The notes below the pieces were generated by a model. The model was not told where the DNA came from and did not search any database. It saw only the letters and a list, made by a program, of their open reading frames with translations. Positions 1-13,327 of a stretch of 64,000 nt of DNA are shown here, in pieces. A program made the translations under genes and the position numbers. Where the stretch lies: the NCBI GenBank assembly GCA_010909165.1, contig VJWM01000221.1:1-64000 (forward strand), written 5' to 3'. Position 1 is the first letter of the stretch. Every line of letters begins with the position of its first letter. This stretch comes from Anthoceros angustus. Its lineage: Eukaryota > Plantae > Anthocerotophyta.

Positions 1-732
1 CACTCCGCACCACCCTCCCGCCTCGGAGCCAGGCCCAAAGTCCGGATAGCGCGTCACAATGTTGCGCCCACAAGGTTCCATGGCTCCCAAACTTCCGCTG
101 GCTTTTGGGTGCCATCGCCTTCTCCTCCCTTGGTTGGAGGCTTGTCGAGACCGCTGCACGCTGCGCCTTCGCCGCTGCACGCCCGACCTCAACGGTGAGC
201 CGCCAAGACGCCTGAGTGTCCCACGAGATACCGCCAGAGCCGGATCGGAGCGCAAGAGATCGCGAGAATTGTCTCGAGGTCACGAATAAATGACCTTCCC
301 TTCGCCGCCTCCGGGAGTAACACCGGGCGGAGGGCGCCTTCCCCGTCCAGAATCGCGAGGTCTCGCATGGCTTATTCTCGACCTTACGCCCGCTTACTCG
401 CCTTACGCCGCAGAGTTACGCCCGCCGCGGGCGTGAATACCGCTATAACGGCCTCGCAAGGTTACGGTCCTGCCAACAGATGCTTCTCCACTCGAGTTGC
501 CCACGTGGCGGCGCCCGGTCCGCCTCCCACGGCTCAACTCCCGAGTTACTTTCCGGGCTTTATCCCGCCTCGGTCTTGGAGTGGGTCCGGACTTATCCTC
601 ACTGGCGCCTACCATAGTAGGTCCTGCACGCCTCACTCCGAGTCCGGAGTATACTGAGTGCCGTCCGAGTGCTACCATGCTTATTTCCCTTTTCCGCCTC
701 ATTTTATCCTTTACTCCTACAAAAACAAAACC

Positions 733-1500
733 CTACCTAATTTCTAACCCCCCATGGAAGTCCGTAGTCCACAGACACCATAGACAAGGAGAAGCAGCAC
801 GTCGGCACCCACCCAAGGCCAGCACCTCACACAAAGATCTCACAGATCCTGCACATGTGCACACAAGAGCATTACTCGTGCTCAAGTCCTTCACGTGATA
901 CACACAAGGAATGATCAAAGGAGCCGACTGCACCCATCGGAGCACCCTCACACGCCAAGACCTAAATTTTGAGCATGCACATGTCCACACAAGACCGTTA
1001 AGCCGGCTCAAGTTCTTCAAGACACCACGCACAATGAGAAGCCGCACGCCGGCACTCCACTCCAAGGCCAAGACCTCACGCCACAAAGATCTCACGACCC
1101 CTGCACCGCATGTGCACACAAGAGCATTCCTCAAGTCAAGTCCTTCACCGCGACATTGCACACAAGGAATGAACGGAGTCGCACCCACCTGACCGAGCAC
1201 CCTCACACGCCCAAAGACCTCACACCCTTGAGCATGCACATGTCCATACAAGATCGTTAAGCCGGCTCAAGTTCTTCTGACACCACAGACATAATGAGAA
1301 GCCGACGCCTAAGACCCGCCTCCAAGGCCAAGACCCCTCACGCACGATCTCACATACGCATGTGCACACAAGAGCGGCAAGCCTGCCGCAAAACACCGAT
1401 TGCCACACACAAGGCACATTACCTTCAAACCGCACAAACAAAATCACGATTCTGCTGCAGCCTCGAGCTTGCATGTGGGGAGCCGCGATCCATGAAGGGA
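733..1500 (-). pseudogene. Degenerate LRR-like repeat coding segment (copy 1)
   Basis: Imperfect repeats of ~125-135 nt (gcacatgtgcacacaagagc...ctcaagtccttca). The minus strand gives ~41-43 aa double units such as ALVCTC..VRSL..VLALGGC..LLIV..VKDLS.LN, resembling LxxLxLxxC LRRs. Frameshifted. Confidence 0.4.
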
Positions 1501-2059
1501 AGGAGGGCTCCTATAAGCACCACATAGCTCACAATGCAGCACAAAGGGTTGATTACAACAACCAGAGCTCGCGATCTTGAGCCCGCAGAGTGCGATCGGC
1601 CGGATGACAAGCAGGAGATTGCATCCAGCCCGTATGGCTAGGATCAACTCAACACGAGCCCGGATGGCAATAGCGAGTGCGCCAGAAAGGCCGAAATTAA
1701 GTGCATGAGGTTGACTTACCACCGGATGAAAACAGAAATCTGAAGTAAAAGTAAAGTAAGTTAAAGTAAAAAATAGCAAACGTAAAAGTATATAAAAGTG
1801 AAACTAAAATATATTGAACTATTATTTTAATGAAAACTTAAAGTCACCCTCTCACATCTCTCTATTCTTTTCAAAGTAACCAAGTGTCCCAAGCCATATG
1901 GTACTAAAGTGTATCACCAAATCATGCTACCACCCAGGTAACAACTCGACCAAAAGCTTCTTCTGGCTTCATCGCCCGCCTGCACTCATGGAGTGGCCGC
2001 AGTGCACCGGTCTTGCTTTCCTCGCCTCATTAGACTTTCTCGTATGAATGTGAGCGGGT

Positions 2060-3122
2060 GGAGTGTTGTTCATACGGGCATGGATCACACCGGGTGACGG
2101 TGGTGCAGTTACCGGGATGAGCTCTGCTTTGTCCTGGGCCAGGAGGACGCTCCAATCGCCCAGTGGCCTGCTTTCCTCCGTGTTTGCTTTACTCGATCGA
2201 TCACTGCTTCCACCTCTTGCAATTTCTTGCCTTGCGTTTCTAAACTTTCCGAGATTTCTTCACAAGATCGCTCCACACTGACTGTGCGTTCTTGCAGGGT
2301 GTGCAACAAGTTGGGTTGCGTTGTCCTTTCTCGTTCCGGAGACGTCTTTTCACATTCGCTGCTGTCCACCTTTCTCCGATGTAGGATCTGGATGCTCCCT
2401 TGTTTCCGGGGCCGGCCGCGACGACGAGGTGCGGGTTCGGTCGCATAGTCCACGACTTCCGACTGTACGTGTCCCTCCCGCACTGCACTCAAAGCAGTGA
2501 CTCCCAACTCGCTATGCGCCACTGCCTAGCCAGCAATTTCTCTCCCGCGCTTCGACGCGCCTCCCGCATGCCCCGCCCCAGGTTTTGCATATCGGAGAGG
2601 CGCCCTCCATCGGATCGTGGGTCGCCCGCCTCCTCCGGACCCGGTCACCAATCCCTTTTAGCGGCCGTTCTTCATCGCTCCCGCCGGACACTACGCGATT
2701 GACTTCCGAGATTGGAACGCAATCGCTCATCGTGGGTTTCTCCTGGGCCTCTTGAATCCACGCGTCCAGCTGCTGGCCACCTACCTGTTCCAAGCAGCTG
2801 TGGATCGTGAGAGGCTCTGATACCAAACGTCAAAGACCACCGTGAGGCTTGAGCCAGACTCGGAGGAAATCGCTTGTCAGCCTTCCGAGGTCTCTTGTAC
2901 CCGGTCCATTCAAGTCAAGAACGGCCGCGTCCGGCCGTTGCTGCGGACGGGTTCAACTAACTATGCTTGCGGACGGGCTCAACTAACTACGCCCGCCTTT
3001 ATATTGAATTATCTCGGCATTTATTCCAGGATAATACTTAAACCGGAATTACCCTAGCTACGTGAACTAACTGGGGAATTGTGCGTTCACACTTGTGTCG
3101 TGGGGTTGTCACGGTTGTGACA
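2060..3122 (-). mobile_element. Truncated LTR retrotransposon: 5' LTR, PBS and gag-like remnant
   Basis: The tRNA-iMet PBS TGGTATCAGAGC lies on the minus strand at 2814-2825, next to a ~295 bp LTR (2828-3122, TGTCA...TGACG). It is followed by gag-like ORFs 2512-2826 and 2109-2522 (RRGRPRK motif, coiled-coil-like). No pol or 3' LTR seen. Confidence 0.7.
2814..2825 (-). promoter_or_regulatory. Primer binding site (tRNA-iMet) of LTR retrotransposon
   Basis: gctctgatacca on the plus strand is TGGTATCAGAGC, 2 nt from the LTR end. Confidence 0.8.
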
Positions 3123-3225
3123 TACCCACACTTGTGCGTGCACGTGGGAGCAAGGGGTCCATGCAAAGATGGGGACAACCACGACGGGGCACCAGGTTAG
3201 GGGTGTGCTCCCGCACTAATCTACC

Positions 3226-3995
3226 CTATAACCCCCAATCGTCCCAAGATGTCGCCGTCCGAGACCTTCCCTACTTACCATTGGTGCCACCAATGTCGCA
3301 TCTCCAGCACTCGTGATCATCCTAAAGATGGCGGTGGCCAATACCCTTTGCCTTTGCAGGGGGATGGAAACCCGTTGCCTGAAATATGCCAATGACATCG
3401 AAAGGGTTTCCCTGAGGCCAACCCCGCCTTATTGTGGTAGGCCTTACACTCCTTGATAAAACGAGAAAAACCTTACCTAAGGCCCCATGGGTTTCAATGG
3501 CAAGGGGGATGAAAATATGACCTTGTTGCATGGGCAGATTTGTAAATTTTCTTAGTTGCACTTCTTCCACCGCCCAACTGGAGGGTTGATGATGATGACG
3601 GTCGCCAATCTCTAGTTGGGTCAGTGACAACCACGTCCGCAACCGAGACATCGTCCCCCCGCGTCAAGAAAAGGTCAGCTTTGATAGAGACGCCATTGAG
3701 CAGAGTATACTGCCGCTCCTTGAAAGGGAAGAAACCGCTCTTCTTGGCCATCGAGAACATGACGTCTTGAACGGCGTCAGATGCAAGAATACGCTTCTCC
3801 ACCCATTGACAACGCTAAGTGGGCCCTGTGGTCGTCGATGGAGGGCCCACGAGCTGCCTAAGAGAGGCTAGTGGTTGGACCTGCACCAAGCGAAACTTCA
3901 TCGCGTAGAAAAGAAGTCGGTGCGATTAACGACTGGATGCAAGGGCAAAGCCAGAGCTGGAACTGCACTTCCCGAGCAAGAGCGAGCTCTAGTAG
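3226..3995 (-). mobile_element. CRE-like non-LTR retrotransposon 3' fragment (Zn-knuckle + restriction-like endonuclease), copy 1
   Basis: Minus-strand frames give ARLLS..FRLG..C.CG.SIDDPGAHL..C, DAVQDVMFSMAK, IKADLFL..DVVVTDP, KKIYK, AIETHGALG and YFRQRVSI.LQR, matching the C-terminus of RLE non-LTR elements. Confidence 0.75.
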
Positions 3996-5639
3996 GGAGG
4001 AATAGACACGAGGGGGTATAACACGAAAGGCTTATACAAGAAGCTACATATATAGTGAATTTTCTATTTAGTCACCTAGTTGGTCCCCTAACATTTTGAG
4101 ATTCTTACAATACATCATCACAATCAATGCAATTAAAAATATTATTTTTCCTCTCACGACTTAAAAAACAAAGATTAATAGGTTTTAGTTACTCATCACC
4201 CAAATCTCCCCTACAAGACTTTTGTTTTCAACAATTTATCATTCAAGGTTACATCACCCCAAGACACTATCGAATAGGGAGCAAGAGCATATCGAAGTAT
4301 ATGTTTTTTCCACTCTGTTAGAAGGGTACCACAAAGTGGAAAAGTGGAGGGACGCAGACGCAAGGTGTGGAGAAGTTGATGGCGCTTGCTATTCTGGCCG
4401 GGCCCATGCCAAATGTCTAAAGATTCAAGCGATGCAAAAGGTCTTTACTACTAGTTCAAGTTTTTAATCACGAGGATAAAAGATAAGGGGTAAGTCAAGA
4501 TGAGGACATATTTAGATCACAGGGGTTCACCAAAAGGGTTGAAAACGCTTAGAAGGAACCTTTAAAATGAAAAATCAAAAATATGTAAAAAGAACAAAAA
4601 TGCCAAAACTCAAGGGCAAGTGCACGACTTGTATCTAAAACTGAAATTTTTGGGTTTGTTTCTTTTTTTTGATTTTTGTTCATTTTTGGGAATGAACCGT
4701 AGGGGAATGTACTAGAAGCATGAACCATATGGATTCATGCCTCTAGGTCTTCTTGACCCTGTGCACACTACAAGTGCGATTCTTAAAGACTACATTTTGC
4801 TGTAATCCCATTGTAATGCACTATAGTGAACTTTTTTATATACATACTCATGTTTGTCGTAAGTCTACCCTAAACCCCCAAGGAGTAAGGAGGTCCAAAT
4901 ATTCGCACTTGTGCGCGCACGTGGGAGCAAGGGGTCCATGCAAAGATGGCACTTGCCCATTGGAGGGGCCCAAGCCACGGGGACTAGCTCTACACCGGAA
5001 GCTCTATCTATCACTCCCAATCTTAGGATTCTTTATCCCGGAGCTATTTTTAAGCTATTTAAGATGTCGGTAGTCTAGAATAAGGAAGGGTATGCTTGCC
5101 ACTAGACCTGAAGATGCAGCGCCTTCCTCATTCAAAGTCCTCTTGATAATCCCTTTGCATGTTGCCGAAGGAAAGCCACCACAGAACACGATTGCCCGAA
5201 GAAAGCCACCACCAAACGAAAGGTGACAAAAAATACAATGTTTCTGTGGATGCTTAATTCTTTATCATATATTAAATTATATATATTATGATTTATGTAT
5301 ACAAACGATTCAAGATCTCCTCCATATGGGGGGTGTGTGTGGAGACGAGGTAAACGGGAATAAACTTAGCGTGTCTATGGACTTGGTGCAGATATTTTAA
5401 CCCCGTTTTTTGAGTGGGATGTGATGCCCAATTATATTTATTTTGGTTCTTGTTCTTCGCTTTAACAATTAATCATAACAAGAAATACAAATAATATATC
5501 CTTGTTGAATTGAGCCAAGAAAGGCCACAGCAAGGAGAGCATGCCGAAGTTCCAACCGATGCAGCTACCAGTACGTAATGCGGCTTTGCCCCGGAAAAAT
5601 CAAATGAAAGTAGGGTTTCGCCAACTCATGATTGAAATG

Positions 5640-6195
5640 TACCTAAGGCCCTATGGGTTTCAATGGCAAGGGGGAAGAAAATGTGACCTTGTTGCATGGG
5701 CCTGTACTTGTAAATTTTCTTAGTTGCACTCCCTTCCACCGCCCAACCTGGAGGGTTGATGATGACATGGTCGCTAACGGAATCTCTAGTTGGGTCAGTG
5801 ACAACCACGTCCGCAACCGAGACATCGTCCCCCCGCGTCAAGAAAAGGTCAGCTTTGATAGAGACGCCATTGAGCAGAGTATACTGCCGCTCCTTGAAAG
5901 GGAAGAAACCGCTCTTCTTGGCCATCGAGAACATGACGTCTTGAACGGCGTCGTATGCAGCAATACGTTCTCCACCCATTGGACAACGCACTAAGTGGGC
6001 CCCAGGGTCGTCGATGGAGGGCCCACAGCAGCCCGCCGGAAGAGAACAGGCTAGTGGTTGGACCAGACCCAAGCGAAACTTCATCGCGGTAGAAAAGAAG
6101 CCGCGATTGAACGATCGGATGCAAGGGCTGGGCTAGGAACTGCACCTTCCACGAGAGAAGGCGAGCTCTAGTAGGACGAGGAATAGACACGAGGT
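5640..6195 (-). mobile_element. CRE-like RLE fragment, copy 2
   Basis: ORF 5626-6084 reads KFRLGLVQPLACSLPAGCCGPSIDDPGAHLVRCPMGGERIAAYDAVQD...KADLF...DVVV...KKIYKY. Confidence 0.8.
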
Positions 6196-7844
6196 AGGTG
6201 GTAACACCAGGAAAGGCTTATACAAGAAGCTACATATATAGTGAATTTTCTATTTAGTCACCTAGTTGGTCCCCTAACATTTTGAGATTCTTACAATACA
6301 TCATCACAATCAATGCAATTAAAAATATTATTTTTCCTCTCACGACTTAAAAAAAACAAAGATTAATAGGTTTTTAGTTACTCATCACCCAAATCTCCCC
6401 CTACAAGACTTTTGTTTTCAACAATTTATCATTCAAGGTTACCGAATACCCCCAGTACACTATCAGTAATAGGGAGCAAGAGCATATCAGCAAGTATATG
6501 TTTTTTCCACTCCTCGCTGGTTAGAAGGGTACGGCACAAAGTGGAAAAGTGGAGGGGACGCAGACGCAAGGTGTGGAGAAGTTGATGGCGGCCGGTCTGT
6601 GCTGGGCCCATGCCAAATGTCTAAAGATTCAAGCGATGCAAAAGGTCTTTACTACTAGTTCAAGTTTTTAATCACGAGATAAAAGATAAGGGGTAAGTCA
6701 AGATGAGGACATATTTAGATCACAGGGGTTCACCAAAAGGGTTGAAAACGCTAGAAGGAACCCTTTAAAATGAAAAAAAATCAAAAAATATGTAAAAAGA
6801 ACAAAAAATGCCAAAACTCAAGGGCAAGTGCACGCACTTGTATCTAAAAACTGAAATTTTTTGGGTTTGTTTCTTTTTTTTTTGATTTTTTGTTCATTTT
6901 TTTGGGAATGAACCGTAGGGGAATGCACTAGGAAGCATGAACCATATGGATTCATGCCTCTAGGGTCTTCTTGACCCCAGGTGCACACACAAGTGCGTAT
7001 TCTTAAAGACTACATTTTGCTGTAATCCCATTGTAATGCACTATAGTGAACTTTTTTATATACATACTCATGTTTGTCGTAAGTCTACCCTAAACCCCCA
7101 AGGAGTAAGGAGGTCCAAATATTCGTGACCAGCGTGCAAGGGGTCCATGCAAAGATGGCACTTGCCCATTGGAGGGGCCCAAGCCACGGGGACTAGCTCT
7201 TGTTACCTGGAAGCTATCTATCACTCCCAATCTTAGGATTCTTTATCCTGGAGCTATTTTTAAGCTATTTAAGATGTCGGTAGTCTAGAATAAGGAAGGG
7301 TATGCTTGCCACTAGACCTGAAGATGCAGCGCCTTCCTCATTCAAAGTCCTCTTGATAATCCCTTTGCATGTCAAGTTGAAAGCCACCACGAACACGATT
7401 GGTTCAAGAAAGCCACCACCAACGAAGGTGACAAAAATACAATGTTTCGTGGATGCTTAATTCTTTATCATATATTAAATTATATATATTATGATTTATG
7501 TATACAAACGATTCAAGATCTCCTCCATATGGGGGGTGTGTGTGGAGACGAGGTAAACGGGAATAAACTTAGCGTGTCTTGCGGACTTGGTGCAGAGATA
7601 TCGACGAACCCCGTTTTTTGAGTGGGATGTGATGCCCAATTATATTTATTTTGGTTCTTGTTCTTCGCTTTAACAATTAATCATAACAAGAAATACAAAT
7701 AATATATCCTTGTTGAATTGAGCCAAGAAAGGCCACAGGAAGGAGAGCATCAAGTTCCAACCGATGCAGCTACCAGTACGTAATGCGGCTTTGCCCCGGA
7801 AAAATCAAATGAAAGTAGGGTTTCGCCAACTCATGATTGAAATG

Positions 7845-8390
7845 TACCTAAGGCCCTATGGGTTTCAATGGCAAGGGGGAAGAAAATGTGACCTTGTTGC
7901 ATGGGCCTGTACTTGTAAATTTTCTTAGTTGCACTCCCTTCCGCCGCTCAACCTAGAGGATTGATGATGACATGGTCGCCAACGGAATCTTTGGTTGGGT
8001 CAGTGACAACCACGTCCGCAACCGAGACATCGCCCCCTGCCAAGAAAAGGTCGCCTGAGAGACGCCATTGAGCGTAGTATATCGCCGCTCCTTGAAAGGG
8101 AAGAAAATGCTCTTCTTGGCCATCGAGAACATGACGCCTTGAGCTCACAGATAAAGAATACGTTCTCCACCCATTGGACAACGCACTAAGTGGGCCCTGT
8201 GGTGCCGATGGAGGGCCCACGGCCCGCCAAGAGAAGGCTAGTGGTTGGACCACCCAGAAACTTCATCGCGGTGAAAGAAGTCGCGATTCGAATGCCTGGA
8301 TACAAGGACGGGCCAGGAGTCAAGACCTGCACCCTTCCCTGAGCAAGAGCGAAGGCGAGCTCTAGTAGGACGAGGAATAGACACGAGGTA
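7845..8390 (-). mobile_element. CRE-like RLE fragment, copy 3
   Basis: Aligns with copy 2; same 5' truncation point (gaatagacacgagg). Confidence 0.75.
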
Positions 8391-8593
8391 GGTGGTAACA
8401 CCAGGAAAGGCTTATATAAGAAGCTACATATACAGTGAATTTTCTATTTAGTCACCTATTATTTTTCCTCTCACGACTTAAAAAAATCAAAGATTAATAG
8501 GTTTTTAGTTACTCAACCAACTAGAGGCTGTCAAATCCTCATCACCCAAATCTCCTCCTACAAGACTTTTGTTTTCAACAATTTATCAATTTT

Positions 8594-8750
8594 TGTTACG
8601 GCCCGACGATCACATGCCAGGATAACTTAGCACTTAGCCTTGCCAACTGGAACGAGGCTACTCGGAAGAAAAGTCGCGACCACCGCCAGCTTAGAAAATC
8701 CCAACTGGGAGTGTCACCTACGCCCCCGAAATAAATAGAAAGGCCGCAAG
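8594..8750 (+). mobile_element. Partial solo LTR (same family as 17951-18294)
   Basis: Starts TGTTACGGCCCG like 17951 but has a different left flank. Confidence 0.55.
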
Positions 8751-8998
8751 TCCGCGAGGCACGGTCACATTCATTCGTAAGTCTACTCTAAAGCCCAAGG
8801 AGTAAGGAGGTCCAAATACCCACACTTGTGCGCGCACGTGGGAGCAAGGGGTCCATGCAAAGATGGCACTTGCCCATTGGAGGGGCCCAAGCCACGGGGA
8901 CTAGCTCTCGTTACCCTGAAGCTATCTATCACTCCCAACCTTAGGATTCTTTACCCTGGAGGTATTTTTAAGCTATTTAAGATGTCGGTAGTCTAGAA

Positions 8999-9106
8999 TA
9001 AGGAAGGGTCTGCTTGCCACTAGACCTGAAGATGTAAGGAAGGGTCTGCTTGCCACTAGACCTGAAGATGTAAGAAAGGGTCTGCTTGCCACTAGACCTG
9101 AAGATG
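8999..9106. repeat. 36-bp unit triplicated (taaggaagggtctgcttgccactagacctgaagatg)
   Basis: Three near-exact units here; single copy in all other spacer paralogs (e.g. 5081, 21900, 32217). Confidence 0.9.
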
Positions 9107-9439
9107 CGGCGCCTTCCTCATTCGAAGTCCTCTTGAAATTTGCGTTTGATAATGCCTTTGCAGGGTTTGCCGGAGGAGAGGCACCACAGAACATGATTGC
9201 CGGAAGAAAACCAAACGAAAGGTGACAAAAAATACAATGTTTCCGTGGGTGCTTACTTCTTTATCATATATTAAATTATATATATTATGATTTATGTATA
9301 CAAACGATTCAAGATCTCCTCCATATGGAGGAGTTTGTGTGGAGACGAAGTAAACGAGAATAAACTTAGCGTGTCTTGCGGACTCGGTGAAGAGAAATCG
9401 ACGAATCCCGTTTTTTGAGTGGAATGTGATGCCCAATTC

Positions 9440-12400
9440 TATTTATCTTGCTTTTTGTTCTTTGCTTTAACAATTCATCATATCAAAAAATACAAATCAT
9501 ATATCCTTGTTGAATTGAGCCAAGAAAGGGCACAGCAAGGAGAGCATGCCGAAGTTGCAGCCCATGCAGCTACCAGTACATAATGCGGCTTTGCCCCGGA
9601 AAAAACCAAATGAAAGTAGGGTTCCGCCAACTTCTGATTGCAATGTACAAGCGCGGTGGCCTATGCTACTTGCTCATGCATCACAATCGGACCGTGAACT
9701 GCTCCAGCCATTCACAATCATAAAACACACCATCCAAATGTGATAAACAATGCAACAAACTAATACACAAATGTGAACCGGGCCAACTTCTTGTCAAGGA
9801 GAAGTGGCAAACCAATTGCAACAGAAATCATCTCATGGGAGGGAAGAAGACATCTGGAAGCTTCTTGGTTTTTCAGACACATCCATCACAAGATGCAGTT
9901 TGCTTCAAAGAATCATCCAAGCGGTAACCAGCCAGCAATCATCGACATCCTGCCATCACTCAAGACACTCAACTGCACATCCTACCACTGCACCACACTC
10001 ACTCACTATGCAACTGCGCCACTAGCATCAAGGCACTCCGCCCAATCCCTTCAAATAGTATTTTGCAATCTCTCTCTGCAGCAGGTGCTTTCCTTCTACA
10101 ACCTCTTTCTCCCAACTAGAGTTTCCCGTGTGAATGGAATAGCTGCCTCCGCACCTGCCCGACTCCCACAAGCATCTTTCAAAGGGATAAGAGCCCTTGC
10201 AACCTAGTCGAACATTGTCCAACTCCGCTCTTGTCGTTCGCCTTGTACTCCTATCCATGCCTCATCGACGGACCATAAAAAGCAAGACACTTCATGATCC
10301 GAAAAAAAAAGGTGGCAAATACAACAGGCATATCGAGGATGCTACCGAATTGTATACATCATCGCATCAAATTCCTTCGGATTGAAAGAACCTTTCGTGC
10401 TGGCTCCGTCCTTCAAGAGGACACCCTCTCCTTCGCGTGATCCGCCTCCTCACAACTCCTCCGATCGCAATACTGAAAAGCACATTTTGTAGGGTGATGT
10501 TGGAACAGATGGCAAATTCCTCCTTCATACGCTGAAGCTTCTCAAGGTCCAATTCTTTCCAAACCTTTGCACCTTTGTACCTTGCGGTGGGAATCCATAT
10601 GGTTCACCAAAAGCATTCGCCGCGGCACACTTTCTTCTTATCAATCGTTGGCCAAGCTCATGGTCCATTTACGCTCCCTTGAACATCGCCATGCAAAACC
10701 GCACCTGCTCCAAGCACCTTTGCCAGGCCAAAAATCCTCCGCGTATTGTCGGGCCGTCCACAATCGCAGTGACTTGTGTGATCATTGGAAAGTGGCAGTT
10801 CACACCTGTAGACTTGCATACTTGCCGTGTGTTCAGTTAGAGTGACCTTCTCGATTGTCTGTGCCAATTCACCTCCGCCACACTTGCTCAACATGGATTG
10901 CACAAGAGTGGACTTGCCCACATTCTCCTCCCCAACCACAAGAATTACTTTATAGAAAATGCGGAGTTTCTCATCTGCCCTGCAAATGTCATATATCACG
11001 GCGGCTCGGTCCACAAACCGTAGCTGAGACTCTTGCTCTAGTTTCCCGTCAACGTCTGTATCTGCGAGGTTTGATGGAATCCGTGTTCCCGGGAGCTTGG
11101 AGGTACTGATTTCCGTTCGTAACCGTTTCAAAACATCCGGAGTGGTCCTGCTTATAATCGTCCTCTCCAGCTCCGAAATACTGGCACTGCTACTCATCTT
11201 CTCATTCCAGAGCACCAACCCAAGCAGCTTGAGAAAGTCTTTACCATACTTTTCCAGTTTTACCTTGTCCTCTAGTGCATTCAAAGGTCGATCTGCCATG
11301 ATAGGGGAAGATTCTAGTCACCGGTATTGCTACATTCCTCCTCCGCATCTGTAATCCCGCTATTATTTCCGTGCTTATTAATTGTTGGCAGCTACGAGAC
11401 TAGTTCCCAAATCAACTCATGCGATCTCGTTTAGGATCGATCAAAAGATGCTTCTAATTGAAGCATTGTTTTCATTCCACCACTCATTCTTTGTGCATAT
11501 TTGGTGTATGTTCGTACCTGAAAGGTCATGTCGCCAGTGATAATTTCTGCCAGGAGAGTCGAGACTTCAGGCCGCAAGTCATCCCTGATGAGGGTTGCCA
11601 GTGATTTGTCGACACCACCGCCAAACTTCGCGTGCAGGAATTTGAAGGGGTATTTGTGTGCGTGAGGAAAGGTAGTGCTGCAGGTGGGAGGGTCTAAACC
11701 GTGTAGCAGCAACCGGCTCCCATGGTTACCTGATGCAGTTGAAGCACGGTTCTCGAGGGCGAATTTGCAAAGGCAGCGAAAATAGGCTTCAGCCACAAGG
11801 CTATCCTCATACTCTTCACCCAGAAGGTGTTGAACTCCTTTGTTATGCAAGCATGTAACGATCTCCAGTTGGATTGTCTTATGCGACAATCTTTTCGAAG
11901 GCCCATGCCTTTATGTCACCGAAGGCATAAATCACATGTACTTTTCATCGATCCTTTCACCTCAAGGCACATTTCGCTGGAACGCCCTTAACCCCTCGAA
12001 ACAAGAGCTCCGGATGTTCTCCGCCACGGACACAATCTTCTTGACCGTGACCGAGTCCGACACCCCAAGCATCTTAGGCGGTCCGAGTTCAACTAGAGGT
12101 GGATCAAGACTGTGATCGTGGCCAACTACGGTTGGTTGCTCTGACCACTTGAGGATTTTCCCAAGTAGACCGCCATTTTGTGAGACTTTATGTGCGCCTC
12201 GTGATTTCGCCTGCAGCTCCTCCCGGCTTCGCCCAGCCGATGCGGGTAGAAATTATCGGACCTTCTCCTCCCATGGGAACATACCATGCTACCGTTGAAG
12301 TCCGCCTCGGCTTCACCAAGCCGCAACTAGTGTGGTGATGTAGCTGCGGCCTTGAACAACATCTCTTGAAATCTCGCCCACCCAATCACAGGAGATAGGC

Positions 12401-13123
12401 GGCACGAGAATGTGTATTTACATTTCCTTCACGTCCTGTAAAAGATCATCAATTTTGGGGCCTCACTTGATCGAAATGGCCTTCACGCCCGCCACCACCT
12501 TCTTGTGGCATTGCAAACCGATCAGGTTGTTGAAGACAACAGGGTCCTCTGGTGTCACAATGTTGAAGAGCCTATCCTCGATGCCACACTCTCGTGAAGA
12601 AGCTTGCGCCCGCCGCCAATGTGGGGAGCCCCAAACCCGATTGCGATGACCAACTCGAAGTTTAGGAGCATAGTGGCCAACTTGTACTTGATAAGAACCG
12701 GAAAGAACGCGCCTCCCAAGCTATGCCCGCACCACTTTTGTGGGGACGCCAGTATGGGTGTTTGGACTTGAAGAGGTCGAGGAGGCGCACGGCGACGTCA
12801 CCAAGAGCCGAAGCCTTGATGGAAGAGGCCATGGTCCTGGCCCATGCACCGAGATCATTGTTGTTCGTCATCCGGCTCGCCCCACCGTGGTGTCGATCAG
12901 ACGTGCGCTCTTGGTGCCCGGCGGATGTAGAGTGTGCCATCCACATCACGGCACACACCATCTTCGCACCACTTCCTCGCCGTGGTGTGACGAACTCGGT
13001 GGTCCGAGCTGACCTTCGCACCTCACCGTTGAGCTTGGTCAAAGTAGACGATGCGGCCGAGAAAGGCAGCTCGCTCACGAACGACGGCCGGAAGCTTCCT
13101 GCATTGCCCTCGACCGTCGCCAT
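9440..13123 (-). CDS. Lipase class 3 - hydrophobic segment - P-loop GTPase-like fusion protein, copy 1 (many frameshifts; 3' end uncertain)
   Basis: ATG MATVEGNAG at 13123; lipase region aligns with cleaner copies. Contains VILVVGEENVGKSTLVQ (~10909-10933), IVDGP in an alternate frame at 10751-10764, and LLVNHMD. No introns evident. Confidence 0.65.
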
Positions 13124-13327
13124 GGGCCAACAATGTCCTTCACTCTGTCAACTCAACTGTTAGGAAAAGAGGTGAGACTTTATAAAGAGATGAGACTTTA
13201 CAGAGAGGAACAGAAACACTCCCATACACTACGAGTAGGGCTTGATGTAGTCCTAGCCTTGAACCCCATCGATCAACACGCAAAACCACTTGCACACACC
13301 GCATCCCACGAATTGGTGGGCTTGGCC

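Larger units (their letters stand above)
3470..8590. repeat. ~2.2 kb tandem duplication (CRE fragment + AT-rich spacer + 3' tail of lipase-GTPase gene), about 2.3 units
   Basis: Identical junction ...gattgaaatgtac|ctaaggccc... at 5640-5642 and 7845-7847. Blocks 4000-5640 and 6190-7850 align throughout. Confidence 0.85.

Noticed and set aside
1-730. GC-rich leading segment and short ORFs
   Set aside because: No recognisable motif; possibly TE-derived but unsupported.
10658-11299. P-loop interpreted as NB-ARC (hydrolase-NLR)
   Set aside because: No hhhhDD Walker B, GLPL or MHD motifs are visible; DxP(G) and N-x-MD fit a GTPase better. An HMM search is needed to exclude it fully.
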